From Octopus sinensis (Eukaryota), in the NCBI RefSeq assembly GCF_006345805.1, contig NC_042999.1, positions 72,292,001-72,356,000 on the forward strand: a DNA stretch of 64,000 bases, given 5' to 3'. A program made the translations under genes and the position numbers. Shown piece after piece: positions 52,960 to 64,000 of this stretch. The stretch's first letter is position 1. Each line of letters starts with the position of its first letter. The notes beneath the pieces were generated by a model. It was not told the origin of the DNA, did no database searches, and saw only the letters and a list, made by a program, of their open reading frames with translations.

Positions 52960-55870
52960 TCTTGTTTTTGCTGATTGTCATAATAACTCTTATCCAAGTA
53001 AAACGCGTTACGAATTCATTTTTTTTTTCGCTGGAATCTAGTGGGTTATATTTTATTAGTCTAGGACTCAAGGCTCAAATTACAATTACAGTTACAGTTA
53101 CAACAGAGGCGACGAGGTTAAGAGATAAAATGGTTATTTCTTTTGAGCAAATGGAAACGATTCTCGAACGTCAGCGGAAACAATTTGAGGCGGTACAGTT
53201 TAACCTTATAGAATTACTAACTCAAAAGTTACCTGTCAACTCAAACAGTGACAAATTTCAAGCAGCTTCAAATTCCATTACCGGTTTATTTTTGACTCTG
53301 TTGCTGATATTACCTTTGATTTATGGTTTGCGAAGATCCTTTCTGTGTTGACTCTTCGAATCCTGACGATTAGGCAAAAGTCATATTACTGTTAACCAGA
53401 TACAATTGTAAGGCGGCGAGCTGGCAGAAACGTTAGCGCGCCGGGCGAAATGCTTAGCTACGTTCTGAGTTCAAATTCCTTCCGGGGTCGATAAATTAAG
53501 TACCAGTTGCGCACTGGGTCGATATTATCGACTTAGTCCGTTTGTCTGTCCTTGTTTGTCCTCACTGTGTTTGGCCCCTTGTGGGTAGTAAAGAAATAGG
53601 TATTTCGTCTGTCTTTACATTCTGAGTTCAAATTCCGCCGAGGTCGACTTTGCTTTTCATCCTTTCGGGGTCGATCTAATCGACTGACGCCCCGCTCCTC
53701 AAAACTTTCAGGCCTTGTACCTAGAGTAAAAAAGAATATTAAATACAATTGTTTTAGAATTGTCAAGTCCGAGACAGAAGGATTTTGTCAGCTAGAAAGG
53801 TAGAGCAAATCTAAAATGTGAACGTTTCGATTTGAATTTTTCAGCTCATAATCAGTTTAAATGTTTAATCGTCGTTACTGATCTACAATCACTGTCGGAT
53901 GCAGACATTCGCACTAAACCGTTATTACAATTAGAACTGTGACCAGAAATGACAGTGCTGTAAGCCAGTGAAGAGTGCCAAAAGTTAATAAGCTTGAAGC
54001 ACGACTCGAAGATGACTAAAACGAGTGACAAGGTAACGAGTTAAGAGTCAATGGATTAAGTGATAACTAATCCTAAAGTATTACTTATTGACAGAAAAAG
54101 AAATCCTGGTCTTCTTCAGTTATGCTGATTTTGCAGTGCCAGACCTATAGAAAGTTTTGCCCCTACAAGCAACACAAGAGTCAATTATACCACGAGTTTG
54201 GTCATGAGGAAGGGTTTTGTTTGCCTAATTATTTAAGGGAGGTAAGCAAAATGTCTAATCATTCACGGAAAGTAAGAAGAAAGTCTCTTTTTAGGTTTTT
54301 GGCTCGTTACAAACCAAGAAGTCAAGTTAATGCTATTTATGCCACTTTTAAAGTGGGTTTTCAAAACGACCGCAAGTATTTGTTTCAATAAATGATACTC
54401 CTGTTGACTGACAGTTAAACTCAGCATCTGATATCAGATTGATTTCTTCCACAACTTGAATGCAACTTGGTTGCTCGAAAATAGTTTGAGACAAAACGCG
54501 TTGCTGAGAATGCATCAAGTGATAATTTAAAACTATTGGTATGGTTAAGTGTAAAGTACAGTTTGATTCAAATCTTTTTAATGGGACTTGACATTTGACG
54601 ACAAATCGACATGGTTTAAATTTACTTGATTTAGATTGGATTACATAACTGGGCTTATGTAATAAACCTTCGAACTTTATTTGCTTACATTCAAATACTT
54701 CGAGTGATTCTATCAATAGTTCATTCCAAGTTGCATCATCTAACTGTTTTACCCATTTACTGAAGAAAGAATATTCACTCGTTTTCAAAGATTAGTTGGG
54801 GGTGTTAGCAAGTTTTTGCTAAAGCCTGATTCACAGCCAGTATTTAGGCCTCATAGATCAGCTTCATATGAGGTCGGATCCAGTTAACTATTCGATAGTG
54901 GTGGTTAGGAAAGCATTGCACAGACTTTTCGATTTGATTAAATAAAGGCTTAGAAGACCATTTCTACCCTCTAGTCTATTATTAGCAAGCCTAATGGCGG
55001 TCGTTACTTCGCAAAAATCGATTTGGCTGATGCTTACTTACAAATTGAAGATAGTGATAATTCAAAACAAGTGCTGAAAATTAATACTCACAGAGCTCTT
55101 TTCCAATATCAACAATTGTCATTCGGAATGAAAACGGCTCCAGCTATGTTTTTTAAAGTAATGGATACCATGCAGACATTTCTGGCGTTGCAGCTTATCT
55201 GGACGATATTTTTGTGTCTAGTTCAATGAATGAAGAATTATTTTATTGGACACCCGTTTCCATAAAAAGAATTAATTTGGTTTTAAAGTAAAAGAGGACA
55301 AACGCAATTTTTTTAGGATATCAATAAGATATATTGGTTTTATTATAAACAAAGACGGTCATAAACCAGAGCCAGTAAAACGTAGAAACAATTCTGAAAA
55401 TGCCAGTTCCATTAGATGTTAACAAGTGGATGTCGTTTCTTGGACTCCTTATCTATTGCAGTATGTTTCTGCCTTCCATGTATCGTTTGCGCAAACCTTT
55501 AAACTTCAGAAAGTTACAAAGTGGGACTGGACGCCAGCATACACCAAAGCATTTGAAGAAGCGAAAGGATTATTGCAATTTGATTTATTACTAACCCAGA
55601 AACTGCAGTCAAGTTGAAAAGGAAACATTAGCTCTAGTGTTTGGAGCTAAAAGATTTCACAAAATGTTGCATGGAAAACCTTTTGTTTTATTTAACGACT
55701 ATAAACACCTTACGTCTCTTTTTGGCTCGAAGTAGGGCATTTCAGTGTTCACAGCAAATTGTTACTGGAGTATACCTTTCAACTCAAAACTAAGTCAACG
55801 AGTGAATCAGGTAAAACTGATGAGTCTCCTGGTGAACCAAAAGTTAGATAACGTAGATACTTTATCGCTT
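52960..55870 (+). mobile_element. Degenerate K02A2.6-type Gypsy retrotransposon (LTR end, PBS, gag, RT, RNase H), with SINE insertion
   Basis: ...ttacaaca then aggcgacgagg (PBS-like) and MVISFEQMETILERQ. RT YFAKIDLADAYLQI...FQYQQLSFGMKTAP, YLDDIFV. RNase H EKETLALVFGAKRFHKML. Confidence 0.85.
53411..53730 (+). mobile_element. SINE family B inserted in the Gypsy element
   Basis: ggcggcgagctggcagaaacgttagcgcgccgggcg start and a duplicated B-box block. Confidence 0.88.
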
Positions 55871-55899
55871 CCATTTGTATGGAAAATGATGGACAATTT

Positions 55900-56620
55900 T
55901 TTTTTTTTTGGTTGTCAGTTCTTTTCCATAGGTTTTAATTAGTGAGGACAGAGTTTTCATTATTTTTTAGGGGTGTAGTTTGTGATTTTTTTGTAATGTT
56001 GACTGTCATTAAGCATGGAGATTACTAGATTTCTATAGTATAATGTATCCATTATTACAACTGCACTTCCTTTATATGCTTCCTTAATCGTTATATCTTC
56101 ATTATTTGAAGTTCTGTTAGTTCCTTTCATTGTGTAGTGCTAAAGTTTGAGCTAACTGTCTGTTTATGCATGGTGTATTAGGGAAAGTTCTCAATGTGGT
56201 TGCAGAATTCATCAAGATTTTTATTTCTTCCTTTGTGGGGGATGTGTTCACTTTTGTTTTTGACTAGTGAGTCATCCTCAGTATTGTAATTGGTTAATGC
56301 TTCTGTGAGTCTTAAGTTTCTACAGAATTCCATTATACTGTCCTTCACTTCATTTTGGTTGGCTCCGCGTAGAGTTGGGATGAATTTTAACCCTTTTGAG
56401 AGGATGTCTATTTTTATGCTTGAAAAGGTTCAGTTGAGAGGTTAATTACCTTCGGTTTTTCCTGATCTCCAGGTTCCAACCTGTGTCCTGATGTCTCTGG
56501 TCTAGGGCTAAAAATGTTGGTTGCAATTTTGTTTGCATGAGATGTCGGTGAGATTGTATGGGATTGGTCCGGGGGAGTAGTGGTATTATTGCCTCAGGTT
56601 GTTATGATACTCTTTAGTGA
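55900..56620 (-). mobile_element. Penelope-like element RT N-terminal remnant
   Basis: ILSKGLKFIPT...EFCRNLRLTE and ITIKEAYKGSAVVIMD...Y match the PLE motifs LSKGL.F.P and IKPADKGxAVVIM. Confidence 0.8.
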
Positions 56621-56624
56621 CCAT

Positions 56625-57900
56625 ACTGAGAAATGCTGATGTGTGAAGTCAGAGAGATAAGCCTATAGTTTTTGGCATCTGCTCTACTTCCTCCTTTATG
56701 GATTGGGCATATTATTCCCTCCTTCAGTTTGCAAGAAAGCTCTGGAAGAGAATCTGTACTGGTTTCGCCAAGACACGCTTACACGATTTGAGGAGGATTG
56801 CTGGCAAACCATTAGAACCAGCAGTTGAGTTTGCGTCCACTTCATCTATGGCTAGTAGTATATCTTCTTCGCTAATGTCGATGTATTCCATCGTAACTGC
56901 CTCGCTGGTTATAGGTGAGGCGGCAAGAAATCCAATAGTTCGTTCACTTGTCTGTGTTCCAACGGGGCGGTAAAGACGCTTTTGAACTGGCCATTCAGTA
57001 CCTCACTGATCCTAGTTGGACTATCAGTGAGGGAGCCTTCCTTCTCGAAGAGGGGTCCTATTTTGCAGCGTACTTAGGCTGCTTCTTCGGCATAATGAAA
57101 AGCCCTTTGGGTTTGACTTAATGTTCTTTTTATAACCCAGGCTTCTTTGTCTACTCTCTCCCTCACATAGGATTGTTGCAGGCTTTCTTCAATCTCCATC
57201 AATGTTGTTTTTAGGCGGGACCTTTCACAACTTTTGGAGTGTTGGTTGAAGTGACTTGCAACCTTCGTCCGTCGTCTCATGAGGATCTTCCTCTCCCTTG
57301 GAATTTTGTTCCTTTTTGTGTTGGCTTTGTGCTCTGGGACACATTTATACATATGGTTTGCACAACAGACATGAAATATTCTAGTTTCATGCCAATGTCT
57401 GGAGTGGAGAGACATTTCGGCCAGTCCTGTCTAAAGATCTCTTTTTGGAGCGATTTCCAATCTGCTTTGTGGATGTTCAGATTGGAGAGATTTTGCGTGC
57501 TTTCTTTAGGCTGTATGCCTCTGGCTACATTTGGTCCATACATAGACATGTCTATTATGTTGTGATCCCAAGCTAATGTCGGCGTCACTTTTGCATAATG
57601 AACGATATCCGTATTGTTTGTGAAACAGAGATCCAAAACGTTATTCACCCTAGTTGGTCTGAGCACAACCTACTCCATGAATAGGGCATTGGTGAGGTTG
57701 AGCGACAACTCAACCTGTGTTTGTCTGCAATGAGTCATTCCTGTCAGCATAAGGCATTCGGGCCACTTGACATTGGAGAAGTTGAAATCACCCATAAGAA
57801 ATACGGTCATATAGTGTTCCAGTTTCATGAGAAAATCTTTAATTCTTGTGAAGCAATATTTAAACTTACCTATGTAGTTTGGAGCATCCGATGGGCGATA
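56625..57900 (-). mobile_element. CR1/L2-like LINE ORF2 remnant (endonuclease end to RT start)
   Basis: PTRVNNVLDLCFTN, HKADWKSL, GQFKSVFT, AGSNGLPAILLKSC, PIHKGGSRADAKNYRLISLTS. Confidence 0.88.
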
Positions 57901-58005
57901 TGTATTACATATTACTATATTGTGATGTCTTATGTATACAATTAGAGTGTCATATACTGAATTTGAGTATGACAGTAAAACCCGTGGTGTGAGGTATATA
58001 TATAG

Positions 58006-58054
<49 letters not shown>

Positions 58055-58072
58055 GGTGTGTGTGTGTGTATG

Positions 58073-58123
<51 letters not shown>

Positions 58124-58309
58124 ATGTATGTATATATATGTATATATATATTTGAGTAGTTTAATGAATTATCTTATTATGGATAATTCGAATTAACCGA
58201 TACCTGGGTAGCAAATTCACATCAGAAAAAACACGGTTGAAGTTACGTGCCTATGGCATAGATTACGTGCTTTCGTGTGGAAATGTGTATGTTTATTTTA
58301 AAAATATAA

Positions 58310-58733
58310 ATATATGAAAGAATGGAGTTGAACGACGAATTAACAAAATTCCTTTATTTTCGACATATGTTTCGAAGGCTGCATATTCCTAATTGCGAAG
58401 GAATGGGGAGTACATTATGCCGCTTTCTCATCAGGAAAAGCAAGGAACTTATGTCAACATCAAAATGCACAAAAAACTTTTAGATGATTGCTCACACGGA
58501 GCCCATAGCGATAATGAGTGTCTCCTTAAAATATTCCTTTATAAGGAGTGACGTCAAAATGGTTGGATGTAGAAGATTCTAGAAGGTTCTAAAGGTTCAA
58601 AGGTTCAAACGAAGTTGGAGGAGAGAGGCATAAGAATAGGAAGGTGAAAGGGTGCAGGTCGTATGAATGGTGAGTTTTGTTATTTTCTTTTGTGAATGAG
58701 TGCCTGTGTGTGTGACTGTATATAACTGCATTA

Positions 58734-58778
<45 letters not shown>

Positions 58779-60090
58779 ATTGTGTATGTGGATGGGTAGA
58801 TGTCAGAAAACAGACAGTGGTGAGGTGACAGGTTTGTGTCTGTGTGTTTGATGGTGCTTACTATAGATAGAGGGAAAGAGAGAGAGAAAGAGAGGGAAAG
58901 AGGAGGGCGAGGTAGAGGGACAAAGGCAACACATACCTCACTGGGTTGGGTAGTAGTTCCTTGAAAGTATTAAAAAAAAATTTTTCACTATGGGGTGAAA
59001 TATATAAAAAAGGAGTTATATTAATTAAAATTCAAGGGGTTATCTATATTAATCATTATTCATATGAGTGAAAGGTGTGTTTTTGCCAGTGCATGCACCT
59101 GTAGGACCTCTCGACGATTGTATTTATTAAAGGGACTTTGGCGAACAAAATATGAAAAAGTTCGGAATTACAGACGCCACAAAGTTTTCTGCCCTTATCA
59201 AACGGAAAGGACACCGACAATATGGAAATATTCCAGCTTGAAAGTTGTATTTCTGTCCTTCTGACGCCAAACTAATTTACTTAGTCCCGTGCTGTGTTGT
59301 TTTCTCTTATCTCTTATTCCGAGATAAGAGAAAACAACACAGCACGGGACTAAGTAAATTAGTTTGGCGTCTGAAGGACAGCAATACAACTTTCAAGCTG
59401 GAATATTCCATATTGTCGGTGTCCTTTCCGTTTGATAAGGGCAGAAAACTTTGTGGCGTCTGTAATTCCGAACTTTTTCATATTTTGTTCGCCAAAGTCC
59501 CTTTAATAAATACAATCGTCGAGAGGTCCTACAGGTGCATGCACTGGCAAAAACACACCTTTCACTCATATGAATAATGATTAATATAGATAACCCCTTG
59601 AATTTTAATTAATATAACTCCTTTTTTATATATTTCACCCCATAGTCAAAAATTTTTTTTTTAATACTTTCAAGGAACTACTACCCAACCCAGTGAGGTA
59701 TGTGTTGCCTTTGTCCCTCTACCTCGCCCTCCTCTTTCCCTCTCTTTCTCCCTCTCTTTCCCTCTATCTATAGTAAGCACCATCAAACACACAGACACAA
59801 ACATGTCACCTCACCACTGTCTGTTTTCTGACATCTACCCATCCACATACACAATCACGCACACACATACACACACGCACATTAATGCAGTTATATACAG
59901 TCACACACACAGGCACTCATTCACAAAAGAAAATAACAAAACTCACCATTCATACGACCTGCACCCTTTCACCTTCCTATTCTTATGCCTCTCTCCTCCA
60001 ACTTCGTTTGAACCTTTGAACCTTTAGAACCTTCTAGAATCTTCTACATCCAACCATTTTGGAGTCACTCCTTATAAAGGAATATTTTTA
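58310..60090. mobile_element. Penelope-like element 3' portion in head-to-head inverted duplication
   Basis: ORF 59245-59577 carries HSTGLSKLVWRLKD...CGVC...LIN...RC.H (PLE C-terminus). Arms 58526-59313 and 59321-60090 are reverse complements. Confidence 0.88.
58349..58447 (-). ncRNA. Type I hammerhead ribozyme in PLE pseudo-LTR
   Basis: Stem I UUCCUUGCUUUUC/GAAAAUAAAGGAA (11/13 pairs), CUGAUGA, extended stem II (GAAAGC/GCCUUC, GCAU/AUGC, AUUCCU/AGGAAU), GAAA, palindromic stem III ACAUAUGU, GUC triplet. Predicted cut between 58362 and 58361. Confidence 0.85.
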
Positions 60091-60735
60091 AGAGATGGCA
60101 TGTCAGACCTTGACTACTGGGGTAGAGTAGAGAAACTGAAACTGTATTCACTCCAACGACGGAGTAAAAATTCCGGCATCACAGGGGTTCGAATTTTTCT
60201 CAATGAGGAAATATGTATGTTATTTAGAGATAGTAGTCCCCTCCATCACACCATATAAAAGAGTTTTAATTTAATTTAATACTTACTACTCATATTTCAG
60301 CTACACGTGTTTCTTGAGGTTCTTTTACGGTTCCTTAAGCACTCAATGTTTTACAGGAACCGTTCTTAAAATGTAACCCCAATCATCGGGCCTCTAAATA
60401 ACTTTATCATAGTTCGGTACCAAACACTATATTTTTATTTTAACATATATGTATGTGTATGTGTAAATAGATTTGCCGGACCTTACTGTGCGAGCCATAA
60501 TTTAATTCAAATAAAATTAATAAAAATAAGAACTAAAAAAAATAAAACTAAAAACTAAAAAATACAAATAAAAAATAAATATTTACAAAAACTAAATTCT
60601 CACGTGACATGTCTGTAAACATTCATATATGATTAATAATATGTAAGGATAAAAATAAAATATATATTTGTGATGATATAATAATGAAAGCAATGACAAA
60701 TAAATATATTCGAATAAAAATGAAAGTAATGTCTA

Positions 60736-60948
60736 ATAAATATATTCGAATAAAAACTATGGTACAAATGACAAAATGCAAAAAGAAAATTTACAAATGA
60801 TACGAATGATAAAAATTAATAATTTACAAAGTAAAAATAGCTTAAGGGTAACTTTGTAAATTTGTAATTCTTATCTTTCGAATCATTTGTAAGTTTTCTT
60901 TTTGGATTTTGTCATTCGTACCATAGTTTTTATTTGAATATATTTATT
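60736..60948. repeat. Imperfect AT-rich inverted repeat (arms ~100 bp)
   Basis: aataaatatattcgaataaaaactatggtac... pairs with ...gtaccatagtttttatttgaatatatttatt. The right arm recurs at ~63550-63650. Confidence 0.8.
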
Positions 60949-60966
60949 GCAGGTAAAATATACATA

Positions 60967-61060
<94 letters not shown>

Positions 61061-61104
61061 TACACACACAATATATATACAGATACACACGTATATATAT
61101 ATAT

Positions 61105-61136
<32 letters not shown>

Positions 61137-61140
61137 ATAT

Positions 61141-63149
61141 ATTTCAACAATTGAGGGTAAAATTAATTAATTAATCAATTTCACCAAGTATTCAGTATGC
61201 AAAGGGACCATTTAAGGCGAATTCAAATTATTACATTATATAAAAGGGCTTAGTAAAATAAATTACTTTGCCGCATTACTGACTCATTAGAAATAGCAGC
61301 TAAAAAACAACTTTTTTAAAACTATTTCAATACTTAAAGAAAACCTCTCTCATATAGTGTTTGCTCAATTCAACTCACGCAAATATGGGGGTAGAGACAT
61401 TAAAAAATCAAGTGCAAAGGTATTTGAGAACGTACGTTTCAAGATTAGTCAACACGACCAATTCTATCAGCAGCTCAGAACTCCCTGGTTTGGATTTGAA
61501 AACACTGAAAGTGGGAGCATACCCTCTCGGCTTCCTCGCTTCCGAAGATTTGCTCGTAACTAACAGTGCCAACAAACTCAAAAATGCAAGCGAAGAATTT
61601 CTGCTCTCCCCTTTCCACCAGCGTGGGTTAAAATCAGTAAACACTATGCTTTTTTCGGGAAAATCCGCGGCATTATATATAGAGAGAGATGAATTATAAT
61701 TTCAACAATTGAGGGTAAAATTAATTAATTAATCAATTTCACCAAGTATTCAGTATGCAAAGGGACCATTTAAGGCGAATTCAAATTATTACTTATATAT
61801 AAAAGGGCTTAGTAAAATAAATTACTTTGCCGCATACTGAACTCATTAGAAATAGCAGCTAAAAAAAAAAACTTTTTTAAAACTATTTCTAATACTTAAA
61901 GAAAACCTCTCTCATATAGTGTTTGCTCAATTCAACTCACGCAAATATGGGGGTAGAGACATTAAAAAATCAAGTGCAAAGGTTATTTGAGAACGTACGT
62001 TTCAAGATTAGTCAACACGACACTTCTATATAATGTAATAATTTGAATTCGCCTTAAATGGTCCCTTTGCATACTGAATACTTGGTGAAATTGATTAATT
62101 AATTAATTTTACCCTCAATTGTTGAAATTATAATTCATCTCTCTCTATATATAATGCCGCGGATTTTACCGAAAAAAGCATAGTGTTTACTGATTTTAAC
62201 CCACGCTGGTGGAAAGGAAGGGAGAGCAGAAATTCTTCGCTTGCATTTTTGAGTTTGTTGGCACTGTTAGTTACGAGCAGATCTTCGGAAAGCGAGAGGA
62301 AGCCGAGAGGGTATGCTCCCACTTTCAGTGTTTTCAAATCCAAACCAGGGAGTTCTGAGCTGATGATGATAGAAGTGTCGTGTTGACTAATCTTGAAACG
62401 TACGTTCTCAAATAACCTTTGCACTTGATTTTTTAATGTCTACCCCCATATTTGCGTGAGTTGAATTGAGCAAACACTATATGAGAGAGGTTTTCTTTAA
62501 GTATTAGAAATAGTTTTAAAAAAGTTTTTTTTAGCTGCTATTTCTAATGAGTTCAGTATGCGGCAAAGTAATTTATTTACTAAGCCCTTTTATATAATGT
62601 AATAATTGAATTCGCCTTAAATGGTCCCTTTGCATACTGAATACTTGGTGAAATTGATTAATTAATTAATTTTACCCTCAATTGTGTGAAATTATAATTC
62701 ATCTCTCTTCTATATAATGCCGCGGATTTTACCGAAAAAAGCATAGTGTTTACTGATTTTAACCCACGCTGGTGGAAAGGGGAGAGCAGAGAAATTTTCG
62801 CTTGCATTTTGAGTTTGTTGGCACTGTTAGTTACGAGCAGATCTTCGGAAGCGGAGGGAAGCCGAGAGGGTATGCTCCCACTTTCAGTGTTTTCAAATCC
62901 AAACCAGGGAGTTCTGAGCTGATGTTAGAAGTGTCGTGTTGATTAATCTTGAAACGTACGTTCTCAAATAACCTTTGCACTTGATTTTTTAATGTCTCTA
63001 CCCCCATATTTGCGTGAGTTGAATTGAGCAAACACTATATGAGAGAGGTTTTCTTTAAGTATTAGAAATAGTTTTAAAAAAGTTTTTTTTAGCTGCTATT
63101 TCTAATGAGTTCAGTATGCGGCAAAGTAATTTATTTTACTAAGCCCTTT

Positions 63150-63150
<1 letters not shown>
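61141..63150. repeat. Array of ~560-bp HHR-bearing units: 1.6 units one way, then 2 units inverted
   Basis: Periods of about 558 (61141/61699), 564 and 559 (62027/62591/63150). Orientation switches near 62027. (TA)n on both flanks. Related to 22155-22880. Confidence 0.9.
62356..62412 (+). ncRNA. Type I hammerhead motif (imperfect stem II) in array unit
   Basis: tgag/ctca stem I, CTGATGA, tctt-GAAA, palindromic ACGTACGT, GUU. Variant copies at 61423-61478 (-) and 62915-62968 (+) have altered cores. Confidence 0.6.
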
Positions 63151-63179
<29 letters not shown>

Positions 63180-63187
<8 letters not shown>

Positions 63188-63550
63188 GATTGGAGTTGAA
63201 CGACGAATTAACAAAATTCCTTTATTTTCGACATATGTTTCGAAGGCTGCATATTCCTAATTGCGAAGGAATGAGGAGTACATTATGCCGCTTTCTCATC
63301 AGGAAAAGCAAGGAACTTATGTCAACATCAAAATGCACAAAAACTTTTAGATGATTGCTCACACGGAGCCCATAGCGATAATGACTGTCTCCTTAAAATA
63401 TTCCTTTATAAGGAGTGACGTCAAAATGGTTGGATGTAGAAGATTCTAGAAGGTTCTAAAGGTTCAAAGGTTCAAACGAAGTTGGAAGAGAGAGAGGCAT
63501 AAGAATAGTAAGGTGAAAGGGTGCAGGTCATATGAATGGTGAGTTTTGTA
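63180..63550 (-). mobile_element. Second copy of the PLE pseudo-LTR segment with intact hammerhead (63217-63315)
   Basis: Near-identical direct copy of 58310-58680. HHR core and stems unchanged. Starts at the (TA)n run. Confidence 0.88.
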
Positions 63551-63744
63551 ATTTTTATCATTCGTATCATTTGCAAATTTTCCTTTTGGATTTTGTCATT
63601 CGTACCATAGTTTTTATTTGAATATATTTATTGCAGGTAAAATATACATATATATACATTACATTTGAGCACTTCTTTTTTGCAGTCCTATAAACCATTT
63701 TGTTTCCATAAAAAGAGACAAAAATTATTTCTTGTCATATATAT

Positions 63745-63862
63745 ACATACATACATACATGCATACATACATACATACATACATACATACATACATACAT
63801 ACATACATACATACATACATACATACATACATACATACATACATTCATACATACATACATAT
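63745..63862. repeat. (CATA)n microsatellite
   Basis: Directly visible. Confidence 0.95.
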
Positions 63863-64000
63863 ATTTACATACAGAGGTACTCATTTTTTGCATATGTGTA
63901 CACGTATATAATGATAATATTACTTGCTATCCTAAAATATATATGTTGCTTATCTTATTTGAATGTATGTATGTATGTATGTATGTATGTATGTATGTAT

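Noticed and set aside
54348-54788. 146-aa minus-strand ORF
   Set aside because: Antisense to the plus-strand Gypsy protease-RT linker. No independent motif.
57001-57032. 10-bp hairpin around cctag, first thought to be a third CCTAG foldback
   Set aside because: Lies inside continuous LINE coding sequence (GSLTDSPTRISEVL), so it is not a junction.
60300-60380. GAAA-cacgtg-TA with ttgag/ctcaa stem on the minus strand
   Set aside because: Only the 3' half of an HHR. No CUGANGA or stem I.
61141-63150. CRISPR-like array or repeated protein gene (MLNSTHANMGVETLKNQ ORFs)
   Set aside because: Units are whole-length repeats with no unique spacers. The ORFs differ in frame between copies, have no domain motif, and run antisense to the HHR.

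Overview
Eukaryotic, AT-rich, microsatellite-dense non-coding DNA. The SINE, LINE and microsatellite complement looks like an octopus genome; this is my recognition of the repeat families, with no database search. No intact host gene can be shown. There are only a few candidate exons, best at 33781-33913 and 23787-23933 (minus strand). The window is a mosaic of decayed mobile elements: a near-complete mariner (10223-11470), two K02A2.6-type Gypsy remnants, CR1/L2-like LINE pieces, several Dong/R4-clade LINE pieces clustered in (CATA)n, a hAT remnant, many tRNA-derived SINEs and several Penelope-like element (PLE) fragments. The most notable signal is a set of type I hammerhead ribozyme (HHR) motifs in three unrelated sequence contexts. 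(i) A well-formed HHR in a PLE 3' region (58349-58447, copy at 63217-63315), where the PLE also forms a ~1.56-kb palindrome. (ii) A ~560-bp non-coding HHR-bearing unit, as a partial tandem at 22.15-22.88 kb and a tandem-plus-inverted array at 61.1-63.15 kb (retrozyme-like). (iii) A tRNA-like Pol III head joined to a minimal HHR directly behind a PLE GIY-YIG ORF end (37.0-37.6 kb). Several foldback inversions also occur, two with the same CCT|AGG junction. Almost all long ORFs in the supplied track are microsatellite artefacts. Repeat boundaries are approximate.
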